Of a stretch of DNA of 64,000 nt, positions 55,846 to 64,000 are shown piece by piece. Each line of letters starts with the position of its first letter. Within the stretch, counting starts at the first letter, position 1. Source of the DNA: an uncultured Nitrososphaeraceae archaeon (lineage in GTDB: Archaea; Thermoproteota; Nitrososphaeria; Nitrososphaerales; Nitrososphaeraceae). The notes under the pieces were generated by a model. It made no database searches and was not told where the DNA came from. It worked only from the letters and a program-made list of their open reading frames with translations. A program made the translations under genes and the position numbers. The DNA lies in contig CAVXZB010000064.1 in the NCBI GenBank assembly GCA_963765895.1, positions 64,001 to 128,000 of the forward strand, written 5' to 3'.

Positions 55846-57903
55846 ATGAACGAAGTGATTGGATTTCAGGGATTGGGTGTTAACACATGGCTAGTTTGGA
55901 TCCTGCCATTTGTAGGGGCTGCTGTTATACCGGCTATATCGCATAGACCTGAACGAATTAAAAATTACACAGCCATAGGCTTTGCATTGGCAAGTGCAAT
56001 TACAGCATCGACACTGTTACCGCTGATAGCTAGTAATAGCGTAGTGGATAGCCAGGTCAGTTGGATAAGCGCATTGGGCCTCAAAGCAGGAGTTCTTGCT
56101 ACTCCACTATCTGTAATAATGACTAACCTCGTAGCATGGATATCTTTTCTCATTATGGTCTACTCGATGGGCTATATGCATGGAGATAAGGACATGACAC
56201 GTTTTTGGTTTTTTATGCTCTTTTTCATTGGATCTATGCAGCTGATCGTTCTATCCGACAACCTTCTGATGATGTTCTTTGGATGGGAAGGTGTTGGCCT
56301 GGCGTCCTACGCTCTGATTGGATTTTGGCATGCCGACAGAAAGAAAGACTATGTCGGCAGGGAAGGGCATTTTGCAGGAGGCATTGCAATGTGGGCATCT
56401 CCTACACACGCTGGAATGAAGGCTTTTCTCATGACAAGGGCCGGGGATACCATGATGCTCGCAGGAATGTTTTTGATATTTATTTATTCTGGCACGTTTG
56501 GATTTAAAGAACTAGCCCAGAATCAAGGATGGTCTATTCAAATGGCTCATCAAAACCTGTTGGTGCCAGCAGCTGTCCTGCTCTTTGGAGGAGCAATTGG
56601 AAAATCAGCTCAATTTCCATTAAATGAATGGCTCTTGGAGGCTATGACCGGCCCCACTCCAGTATCTGCACTTATTCATGCAGCAACTATGGTAAAGGCA
56701 GGTGTTTTCTTGGTAGCACAGGTTGGGCCCCTTTTCTTTGCATTAGCTGCGTTTGGAGTTACCCAATTTTTTGAGGTCGTAGCTTGGGTTGGGGCAATTA
56801 CAGCATTTTTACTAGCCACCCAGGCCCTGGTAAATCCAGAAATCAAAAAGGTCCTTGCCTATTCTACCGGCTCTCAAATAGGATATATGATGATGGCCCT
56901 AGGAATCGCTGGTCTTTCAACCAATTTCGTTGAGGGTTACACGGCAGGGTTCTTTCAGCTTATAAGTCACGCCCTGTTTAAGGCCTCTCTTTTCATGGGC
57001 GCAGGGGCTCTCTTGCATACTGTGGGATCCAGATACATGACAGATATGGGTGGAATGCGCAAATATATGAAGAAGACATACATTTTCATGCTCTTAGCAG
57101 CACTATCGCTTGCAGCTGCGCCACTGGTGACCTCTGGCTTTTGGAGTAAAGACGCGATATTTGCCGCTGTCCTTGAGTCTGGATACGTCTATGCAACACC
57201 TCTTTTCGCAATAGCTGTCATAGTAGCTATAATGACTGCCTTTTACACATTTAGGATGGTAGGAATGGCCTTTTTTGGCGAGGAGAGCAAACATGTAAAG
57301 AACTTGAAGGAGACTGGGCACCATATCCACGAGGTGGGTAAGGTTATGTGGCTTCCATTTGCCATCTTGGCAGTTGCAACCATCGCTGTGGGACTAATTG
57401 GTCCTCTCTTTGAAGCTCAATTGCATCACACATTTGCAGAATATCTTTCAGGCTCATTTGGAATAAAAGAAACTGCAAATACTGAAAATACGAGTAAAGC
57501 AGCGGAAACGTTTATGGGCATCAACCCTACGGCTGGAGCGGCATCGGTTGGAGCTTTTGCAATAGGTGGCGGCTTGGGATACGTTTTCTATATTGGAAGA
57601 CACGTAAATCCGAAAATCATATCGGCATCTGTAATTACAAGGGGCATCTGGAGGTTCTTGTACAACAGATGGTATCTTAATACTGCACTGTACTGGGGTG
57701 GAGTAATTGGCCCGATATTTATCTATCGGGTAGTGTGGAGATATTTTGAAAGCATAGTAATTGAAGGAATTAATCCAGCATTTCAGTATTCCATGACATC
57801 ATTTTCTAAAATTGTAAAGACAGCTCAAACTGGGATTACACAGACTTATTTGTTCGTATTTGGAGTGGGTATCATGATTATAGTCATGTTACTCTTCATT
57901 TGA
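55846..57903 (+). CDS. nuoL: Complex I subunit L
   Basis: GWEGVG, GKSAQFP, AMTGPTPVSALIHAATMV and GFWSKD. Confidence 0.95.
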   Translation: MNEVIGFQGLGVNTWLVWILPFVGAAVIPAISHRPERIKNYTAIGFALASAITASTLLPLIASNSVVDSQVSWISALGLKAGVLATPLSVIMTNLVAWISFLIMVYSMGYMHGDKDMTRFWFFMLFFIGSMQLIVLSDNLLMMFFGWEGVGLASYALIGFWHADRKKDYVGREGHFAGGIAMWASPTHAGMKAFLMTRAGDTMMLAGMFLIFIYSGTFGFKELAQNQGWSIQMAHQNLLVPAAVLLFGGAIGKSAQFPLNEWLLEAMTGPTPVSALIHAATMVKAGVFLVAQVGPLFFALAAFGVTQFFEVVAWVGAITAFLLATQALVNPEIKKVLAYSTGSQIGYMMMALGIAGLSTNFVEGYTAGFFQLISHALFKASLFMGAGALLHTVGSRYMTDMGGMRKYMKKTYIFMLLAALSLAAAPLVTSGFWSKDAIFAAVLESGYVYATPLFAIAVIVAIMTAFYTFRMVGMAFFGEESKHVKNLKETGHHIHEVGKVMWLPFAILAVATIAVGLIGPLFEAQLHHTFAEYLSGSFGIKETANTENTSKAAETFMGINPTAGAASVGAFAIGGGLGYVFYIGRHVNPKIISASVITRGIWRFLYNRWYLNTALYWGGVIGPIFIYRVVWRYFESIVIEGINPAFQYSMTSFSKIVKTAQTGITQTYLFVFGVGIMIIVMLLFI

Positions 57904-57917
57904 GGTGATATTGAAAG

Positions 57918-59494
57918 ATGGCTGAAGGTCTAGTAATATCAACCCCGCTCATTCTTACAGTAGTATTGGGAGTTGTGGGACTTGCTATACCGGTAATAGA
58001 TGGGCTACGGAAAGAAAGAGGTACTAGTAACAAGCTATACAGTGCAATTTCTGTTGGTACTCTTATTTTTGCAATAGGATTTGTGATCGCTAGGGTATTA
58101 TCAGGGGAAGTGATGCCAGCGATGGCCTTTGGCCCTGGTGTACTTTCTAATGATGTATTTGGGTCGTTTTTTGCTGTCGCATTCTTAATTGTCTCTATAA
58201 TGGTAACAGCTTCCTCATGGAACTACATGAAGGGAAGAACAAATCCTGCTGCCTACTATTCACTAATTCTTTTGTCTACTATAGGCATGGTGCTCATTGC
58301 ATACTCTACTGACCTAGTCATGTTACTTGTATCTTGGGAATTGATGTCACTACCAACTTATGCACTCGCGGCGTTCTCAAAAAGAGACCCAATTTCGAAC
58401 GAAGCTCGCTATCAAGTACTTTATGTTCGGTGCGCTGTCATCAGCCATACTTGTAATCGCTATAGGTCTCGTGTATGGAATCACAGGAACTACAAATATT
58501 GCTCAATCGATCCAGGCGATGGCTCATCTCCAAAAAGACTTGATACCGGTTGGTTTATTGGCAGTAGCGCTCTTCATAGCCGGTTTTGGTTTCAAGATGG
58601 GACTGGTCCCGTTTCATATGTGGCTCCCAGATGCTTACGAAGGTTCCCCTACGACTATAGGTGCGCTATTGGCAGCTGGAACCAAGAAAGCAGGCTTTGC
58701 TGCCGCAATCCGAGTCATTGTGCTGGGAATGTTTGTACTAAATCCAGATTGGACTCTTGTTTTAGCTGTAGTAGCCGTATTTACCATGACACTTGGTAAC
58801 CTAGGTGCACTGGTCCAGAGAAGCGTTCCTAGAATTCTGGCTTATTCGAGCATTGCCCAGGCCGGCTATATCTTGATTGGGCTTGCAATTACACCATATT
58901 CCGATCAGGCATTGCCTGGTTCACTATTTCAGATATTAAATCATGCAGTGATGAAGTCAGCCGGCTTTATAGCAGCTGCTCGCAGTCGCCACTGCGTTGG
59001 CCAGTTACAGTCTGGAAAAATACAGAGGACTTGGTCGTCGCATGCCTATAACGGCCATAGCATTCTCCATCTCATTGTTGGCACTTGCTGGAATACCCCC
59101 GTTAAACGGCTTCTGGGGAAAACTGGTGATCTTTGGCGCGGCTATTAATAGCGGTTCGGAGGTTCCATGGGGTCCGTACTTGGCAATAGCCGGTGTCCTT
59201 AATAGTGCTCTGTCTTTGGGTTACTATGCTTGGATTATGAGAAAAATGTACATGGAAGAAGGACCTGATATGACTAGGGTCAAAGAACCCAGAGCTACGA
59301 CTGCTGTATTAATTTTCGCCATTGTGTTTATGGTTGGTTTTGGAGTCTGGCACGCACCGATACTTGAGTTTGCCTCAAAGGCTGTACCTACGTTTAGCAA
59401 CACATTCAACATCGGCGTGTCAAAGCCGATACCAGTAATTACCACTCATGGTATCGATAATAATCCCAATCAATCGATTACTCCTTTGAACTAG
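57918..59494 (+). CDS. nuoN: Complex I subunit N; frameshifts at about 58407 and 58981
   Basis: WELMSLP, KYF, FKMGLVPFHMWLPDAYEG and LAGIPPLNGFWGK across three ORFs. Confidence 0.93.
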
Positions 59495-59570
59495 AACTAT
59501 AGTAGTATAATAGAAGCAGAATCTGAGGATTTATGTCTACCCAATAAACTGAGCTAAGCGAGTTATGAAA

Positions 59571-60443
59571 TTATATCTGAATTGCAGCCAAATCAGTTAG
59601 ATGTTCCAGATGATTTTTGGTAATACTATTTTTAATTCTTCGAAGCTCATGTTTTGCTTTCATGGAATAGGCCAAGTAAATATTTTCCATACTTTTAACG
59701 AATTCCATAGAGCGTTCATTTTTCTTCACTAATAGATTAAAAAGCTTGTCTTCGTTGTTCCAATCTATCAAATCGTCATGTATTTGATACGCTATTCCCA
59801 GCAGATTTCCAAATGATGCAAGTGCATGAATCTCATCCTCACATCCATTACCCATGATGGCTCCAATTTTTGCTGATGCCTCGAACAAAGAAGCAGTTTT
59901 GTATTCGAGGACTTTAATGTAATCATCGACGTCAATTTCAGATTGTTTGCTGAGTTTTATTTCGATCATTTCACCTTCGCTCATTTTGATAGCCGCATTG
60001 GAAAGTTCACTGGAAACCCGGGAATTATTAATCTTGGATCCTAAATTAAGGATTATACCCAAAACGAAATCAGCAGTAAGTATGCTACTATTGTATCCGT
60101 ATTTAACATGAAAAGAAGGCTTACCTCGTCTATTATTCTGTTCATCTATAATATCGTCGTGTATCACAGATTCCGTGTGCAAAAGTTCGATGGCTGATGC
60201 TGCCAAAAATGTAGGCTCGCCAATTTTCATAGCAGAATCCATCTCGCTGTTTCTAACTGATTCAGAAGAGAGAATCAAAATCAGTGGTCTTATCCTCTTT
60301 CCACCATCGCATGCATATTGTAAAGGTGCATAAAATTCCGACCAAGTATAAAGATCGATCTCCCTTTCCAATGCACCATCAATCTTAGACAAATAGTCAC
60401 TAAAGAGCTCAATCAATGGATTTGTACTTGGATTTCCTTTCAA
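59571..60443 (-). CDS. Polyprenyl diphosphate synthase
   Basis: GGKRIRP, HDDIID, KTASLF and AYQIHDD. Confidence 0.92.
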   Translation of the reverse strand: MKGNPSTNPLIELFSDYLSKIDGALEREIDLYTWSEFYAPLQYACDGGKRIRPLILILSSESVRNSEMDSAMKIGEPTFLAASAIELLHTESVIHDDIIDEQNNRRGKPSFHVKYGYNSSILTADFVLGIILNLGSKINNSRVSSELSNAAIKMSEGEMIEIKLSKQSEIDVDDYIKVLEYKTASLFEASAKIGAIMGNGCEDEIHALASFGNLLGIAYQIHDDLIDWNNEDKLFNLLVKKNERSMEFVKSMENIYLAYSMKAKHELRRIKNSITKNHLEHLTDLAAIQI

Positions 60444-60545
60444 AGACCTGTTCTTTCCTGCCTTATGCTATGTTGAAATGTTGAGGTTATTAATGGTTTA
60501 CGATAGATTTACAGGAAATAGCTTTAGATGTAGATGTATGGGAAT

Positions 60546-60668
60546 TGCTCCGGCCGGGATTTGAACCCGGGATCTGCGACTCGAAAGGCCACAATGCTTG
60601 ACCGAATTGTGCAACTAGTAGTCGTCAATTAATTCATGAAGACACACTTTCTTCTACACCACCGGAGC
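60546..60668 (-). tRNA. tRNA-Glu(TTC) with a 47-nt non-canonical intron in the D-loop (about position 15/16; 60607-60653)
   Basis: Reverse complement reads GCTCCGG TG GTGT AG [intron] TTCGGTCAA GCAT T GTGGC CTTTCGA GTCGC AGATC CCGGG TTCAAAT CCCGG CCGGAGC A. Confidence 0.9.
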
Positions 60669-60780
60669 TCCTTCCACAAGTAAAATAAATTCACATAAAT
60701 TCGTTTCTTAAGTTGTATCTCCAAGATAACATTTATTCATGCGAAAACATTTTTTTATGGGTAGCACCTGAATTGGTTCT

Positions 60781-61473
60781 ATGCAAGACAATTCCATGCT
60801 AAGAATAGATCAGGAGATAGAAAGGCAAAGCTTGCTAAGGCACCCGTTTTATCAACTTTGGTCTAAAGGAGATCTTAGCATTAATCATCTTCAGGGCTAC
60901 TCAAAGGAATATTTTCAATTAGTAAAATCGATTCCTCTATTTGTGAGAAATATCATTTCAAATTCATCTGTCTCAGCTCTGCCATACTTTGCCGACATGT
61001 CATTTACCAAAGTGCTAAATAAAAGCATGCAAGAAGAATCCGACCATATTGCACCCTGGGTAGATTTTGCCACCTCCATAGGTGTACAAAAAAAAGAGTT
61101 GTTAGACTACCAAGGTGGTGAAAAGACTAACAAAGCTATCGAGGATATGAGAAGCTTGACTGAAAAGTCAGTCATACGAGGTGCAGCAGCGATGTACGCT
61201 TATGAAAAGGAGCTACCAAAGATTAGTAATACCAAGATCGAAGGTCTTCAAAACTTCTATAGCTTAACAGATAAAAGATGCCTAAATTACTTTGAAATTC
61301 ATCAGGAAATAGATATTAAACATGCTGCTATATGGCGCGATGCATTAGAGTCTATTGATTCGAATGGAGAGAAAGAGGAGGCTTTTGCTGCGTCCAACTC
61401 GTCGTTGAAATGTTTGAATACTATACTAGATGATGTACATGAAAAGTACGTTGGTAAGATTCCAAATTGTTAA
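60781..61473 (+). CDS. CADD/PqqC/TenA-like heme-oxygenase-fold metalloenzyme
   Basis: HPFYQLWSKGDL, EESDH, YAYE...KIEGL and FEIHQEIDIKH. Confidence 0.85.
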   Translation: MQDNSMLRIDQEIERQSLLRHPFYQLWSKGDLSINHLQGYSKEYFQLVKSIPLFVRNIISNSSVSALPYFADMSFTKVLNKSMQEESDHIAPWVDFATSIGVQKKELLDYQGGEKTNKAIEDMRSLTEKSVIRGAAAMYAYEKELPKISNTKIEGLQNFYSLTDKRCLNYFEIHQEIDIKHAAIWRDALESIDSNGEKEEAFAASNSSLKCLNTILDDVHEKYVGKIPNC

Positions 61474-61495
61474 CTTACGACCCATTGTTAACCCT

Positions 61496-61502
61496 TTTAT
61501 AT
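61496..61502 (+). promoter_or_regulatory. TATA box of the tRNA(CAT) gene
   Basis: TTTATAT about 28 bp upstream of the tRNA 5' end. Confidence 0.6.
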
Positions 61503-61529
61503 GCTCATAATCATGAAATTTGTGTCGGA

Positions 61530-61606
61530 GGGCCCATAGCTCAGCCTGGAAGAGCGACCGGCTCATAACCGGTCGGCCAGGGGTTCAAACCCCCTTGGGC
61601 CCACCA
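61530..61606 (+). tRNA. tRNA with CAT anticodon, probably tRNA-Ile2; CCA encoded
   Basis: Acceptor GGGCCCA/TGGGCCC; anticodon arm ACCGG-CTCATAA-CCGGT; no initiator hallmarks (no A1:U72, no 3 G-C anticodon stem). Confidence 0.88.
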
Positions 61607-61699
61607 TAAAGTTGTTTCAAAGTTCTAAATTAGAAAAAGCTATAGCTAAGTTCGTTACTACAACTATGCTAATGCATACATCATTTAGAGGAATCATAA

Positions 61700-62902
61700 A
61701 TGTTTAGAAGTAAGGTATTTGAGCCAATGCTAACAGGTTTTTCTTATCGTATATTTATAGAAGGTCTAAAATCTGCTGTAACCAAAGCCGCATATACTTT
61801 TGCGCTTCAAAAGTACATGAAATATCTAAAAGTAGATAATCCTGATGATTTGTTAAAATATCAAGATAATCCCAAATTCATCCAAAATCAGATAATTGAG
61901 TATTTGATATACTTGAAAAATCCGCCCAGCTCATTAAGATATGCAACAAGAAGTCAATATTTGGCAGCAATTATGACATTTTATGAACTGAACGAAGTCA
62001 TATTAAACAAGAAAAGGATTTACAGATACCTTGGTGAAGAGGAAAAACCAATTGCGAATAGAGCCTATACAATCGAAGAAATAGCAAGAATGTTGGAAGT
62101 ATGCGATGAAAGGGTCAAAGCGCTAATTTTATTTTTGGCATCAACAGGAGTTAGAATAAGAGCAATTGTTGATCTAAAACTAGAAGATTTGACAAGCATC
62201 CCTAATTTTGACCTATATCAAGTAAAAGTATATTCTGACTCAAAGCAAAGTTACTTTACTTTTACTACTCCAGAAGCGTCTAAAGCCGTGAACACATATC
62301 TAAGCTACAGGGAAAGATGTGGTGAAAAATTAATACCTAAATCACCACTTTTTAGAGATCAATTTGATAGAAACGATCCTGATTCTATTCATAATGTTAA
62401 GCCACTAAAGTTAAGAGCAGTGGAAAGGTTGATCTCAAGAACAATAGAGAAATCAGGACTTAGAACAGTAGAACGACAGACTGAATTACATAATGAGCAT
62501 GGGAAAGTCAGAAAGAATGTCAGACTCACCACCGGATTTAGAAAATTTTTTGATACCCAACTGATATTTGCAGATTTAAGGCCGGCAATTAAAGAAATGT
62601 TTATGGGTCATAGTATAGGCTTAGACAATAATTACTTTAAGCCGACTGAAAATGATGTATTAGAGGAATATCTTACAGCTGTTAACTACCTGACAATAAA
62701 TGAAGAAGGTAGGTTAAAGAAGAAGGTCAAAGAACTGACAAGGAAACAAGATGAAATTGAAATCATGAAACAGAGACATGAAGAAGAGATTAAGGATATA
62801 CGTGAACAGATGAATAAACAGTTTGGTCATATTATGTCAATGATACAACACAATCCCAAATTGGCGCATGTTAAGCCAGAGGCATTAGTAAAGAATATTT
62901 GA
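61700..62902 (+). CDS. Tyrosine recombinase/integrase with C-terminal coiled coil
   Basis: LASTGVRIRAIVDLK (Arg), TTGFRKFF (HxxR box with Thr), MGHS and NNYF (Tyr). Confidence 0.9.
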   Translation: MFRSKVFEPMLTGFSYRIFIEGLKSAVTKAAYTFALQKYMKYLKVDNPDDLLKYQDNPKFIQNQIIEYLIYLKNPPSSLRYATRSQYLAAIMTFYELNEVILNKKRIYRYLGEEEKPIANRAYTIEEIARMLEVCDERVKALILFLASTGVRIRAIVDLKLEDLTSIPNFDLYQVKVYSDSKQSYFTFTTPEASKAVNTYLSYRERCGEKLIPKSPLFRDQFDRNDPDSIHNVKPLKLRAVERLISRTIEKSGLRTVERQTELHNEHGKVRKNVRLTTGFRKFFDTQLIFADLRPAIKEMFMGHSIGLDNNYFKPTENDVLEEYLTAVNYLTINEEGRLKKKVKELTRKQDEIEIMKQRHEEEIKDIREQMNKQFGHIMSMIQHNPKLAHVKPEALVKNI

Positions 62903-63004
62903 TCTAGTTTGAGTGCATGTAATCTATATAACAGTAAAATCCGGTATTTTCATTATTTTCTTCCTGCCTCTAGGAGATGAGGATTTATCCCTAGAGTGAT
63001 TTTT

Positions 63005-64000
63005 TTACGAGTAGCAGTTGCATGGTTCCCTTTTCTTAACTGGAGATTTTTTTTGTTCTTCCACATTCGATTCTGAAGCGTTGTTTGCCTCAAATACTTT
63101 GGGACAAATCTCTATTAAAATAGGGTGAAAAAAGGCATATTTTTCGAGTGTATCTTTATAGTCAATTTTCAATTCCTCTATCCCTCCATACCCATAGTGA
63201 CCTGGTAAGTATTTCAGGTGTTTGTATAATCCTTCTTTCCTAAAATTGACGAACTTGTGTAAATCATCTTTTTTACACTTATCAGTTACTAGTTTTTTGT
63301 TTCCTCTTACCTCTTCTTTATAATTATCTAGTTCTAATTCAATAGCCAGAACCTCCCAAAAATGGGAGCATTCCTTTTTTTATATATTCAGTATACTCTT
63401 CTGTAGTTCTGAATTTTCTTAGGTCCAGATTATGTTGAGATCTTGCAAGATCTAATTGTCTGAAAAACCTGGTGGCTTCCTGTTCGCCCAGAAAATATAT
63501 TATTCTATTTTTATCTTCAGATGTTGGTGCAAAGTATTTCCATTTTTTGACTTGAAATGAGAACTCTGCTTCATGAATAATCCACAAATTTATCAGAAAT
63601 TTATGTAATATTCTATCAGAAATTATGAACCTCGTTTTACCTCGAAATTCCATACTTGATTCAATTAATTTCAGAGCTCGCAGTGCATTAAATGCAAATT
63701 TCACATCAGCATCATTGAACCTCTTACTTGCGAGTATCTCCTCTATTGAGAAACCAGGTAACTCGCATAAGTATTCTTGATGATATTTTGTATTTTTTGA
63801 ATATCTGTTAAATTGCCAATATTCAATTCTCTTAAGAACTACACCTAAATTGCCTTTAGGATAACAGATGAATTCAATGTCTTCCAACACCGGCGATTCA
63901 TCCTCTCTTTCCACCCAGTATTCTTTAGTGACTGTTCGACTATCTCTTAGACTTCGAGTTTGGTATATGAGATCCTCACTGTCAACAGTATCAGCAGCTG
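63005..64000 (-). CDS. Hypothetical protein, 5' truncated; probable frameshift in an A-run near 63378
   Basis: ORF 63339..63914. An alternate frame continues ECSHFWEVLAIELELDNYKEE... to TAA at 63005. Confidence 0.55.

Larger units (their letters stand above)
61607..64000. mobile_element. Left end of a putative integrated element at the tRNA 3' end
   Basis: Tyrosine integrase starts less than 100 bp after the tRNA; sequence is visibly more AT-rich; an unknown cargo ORF follows. The second att site is not in the window. Confidence 0.65.

Noticed and set aside
754-59494. Mass pseudogenisation or programmed frameshifting
   Set aside because: Breaks hit essential genes, there is no other decay, and there are no slippery heptamers. 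One- or two-base repairs restore full proteins, which fits sequencing error.
12645-61473. A PQQ or RiPP pathway assembled from PqqD-like, radical SAM, TldD/E, C39 and PqqC-like genes
   Set aside because: The genes are scattered over about 49 kb among housekeeping loci. There is no PqqB, no SPASM-type PqqE and no ExxxY precursor, and each gene has a simpler explanation.
1-64000. CRISPR array, rRNA genes or IS elements
   Set aside because: I saw no regularly spaced repeats, rRNA-like sequence or transposase ORF.

Overview
Mostly core chromosome of an ammonia-oxidising archaeon (Thaumarchaeota, probably Nitrososphaeraceae). This is inferred from archaeal PriS/PriL, Rpo10, uS2, the mvk-ipk-fni-GGPPS block, an 11-subunit nuoABCDHIJKMLN operon, Amt plus P-II genes and archaeal tRNAs. 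The window also holds an ETF/FixABCX cluster, two divergent nucleotide-sugar dehydrogenase genes (one a wHTH fusion with AAT microsatellites), a DUF59-PqqD fusion, a probable GDGT ring synthase-type radical SAM enzyme, a UbiC/UbiA/UbiE/kinase-like cluster, TldD/PmbA and a CADD-like oxidase. There are four tRNAs (one with a D-loop intron) and the left end of an integrated element at tRNA-Ile2(CAT). I found about 27 frameshifts, many in essential genes, and they look like long-read consensus errors rather than pseudogenes. By my manual reconstruction 24 of them sit in or next to GCNGC or GTAC, which may be an imprint of host DNA methylation motifs. All calls come from motif recognition by eye; no database searches were run.
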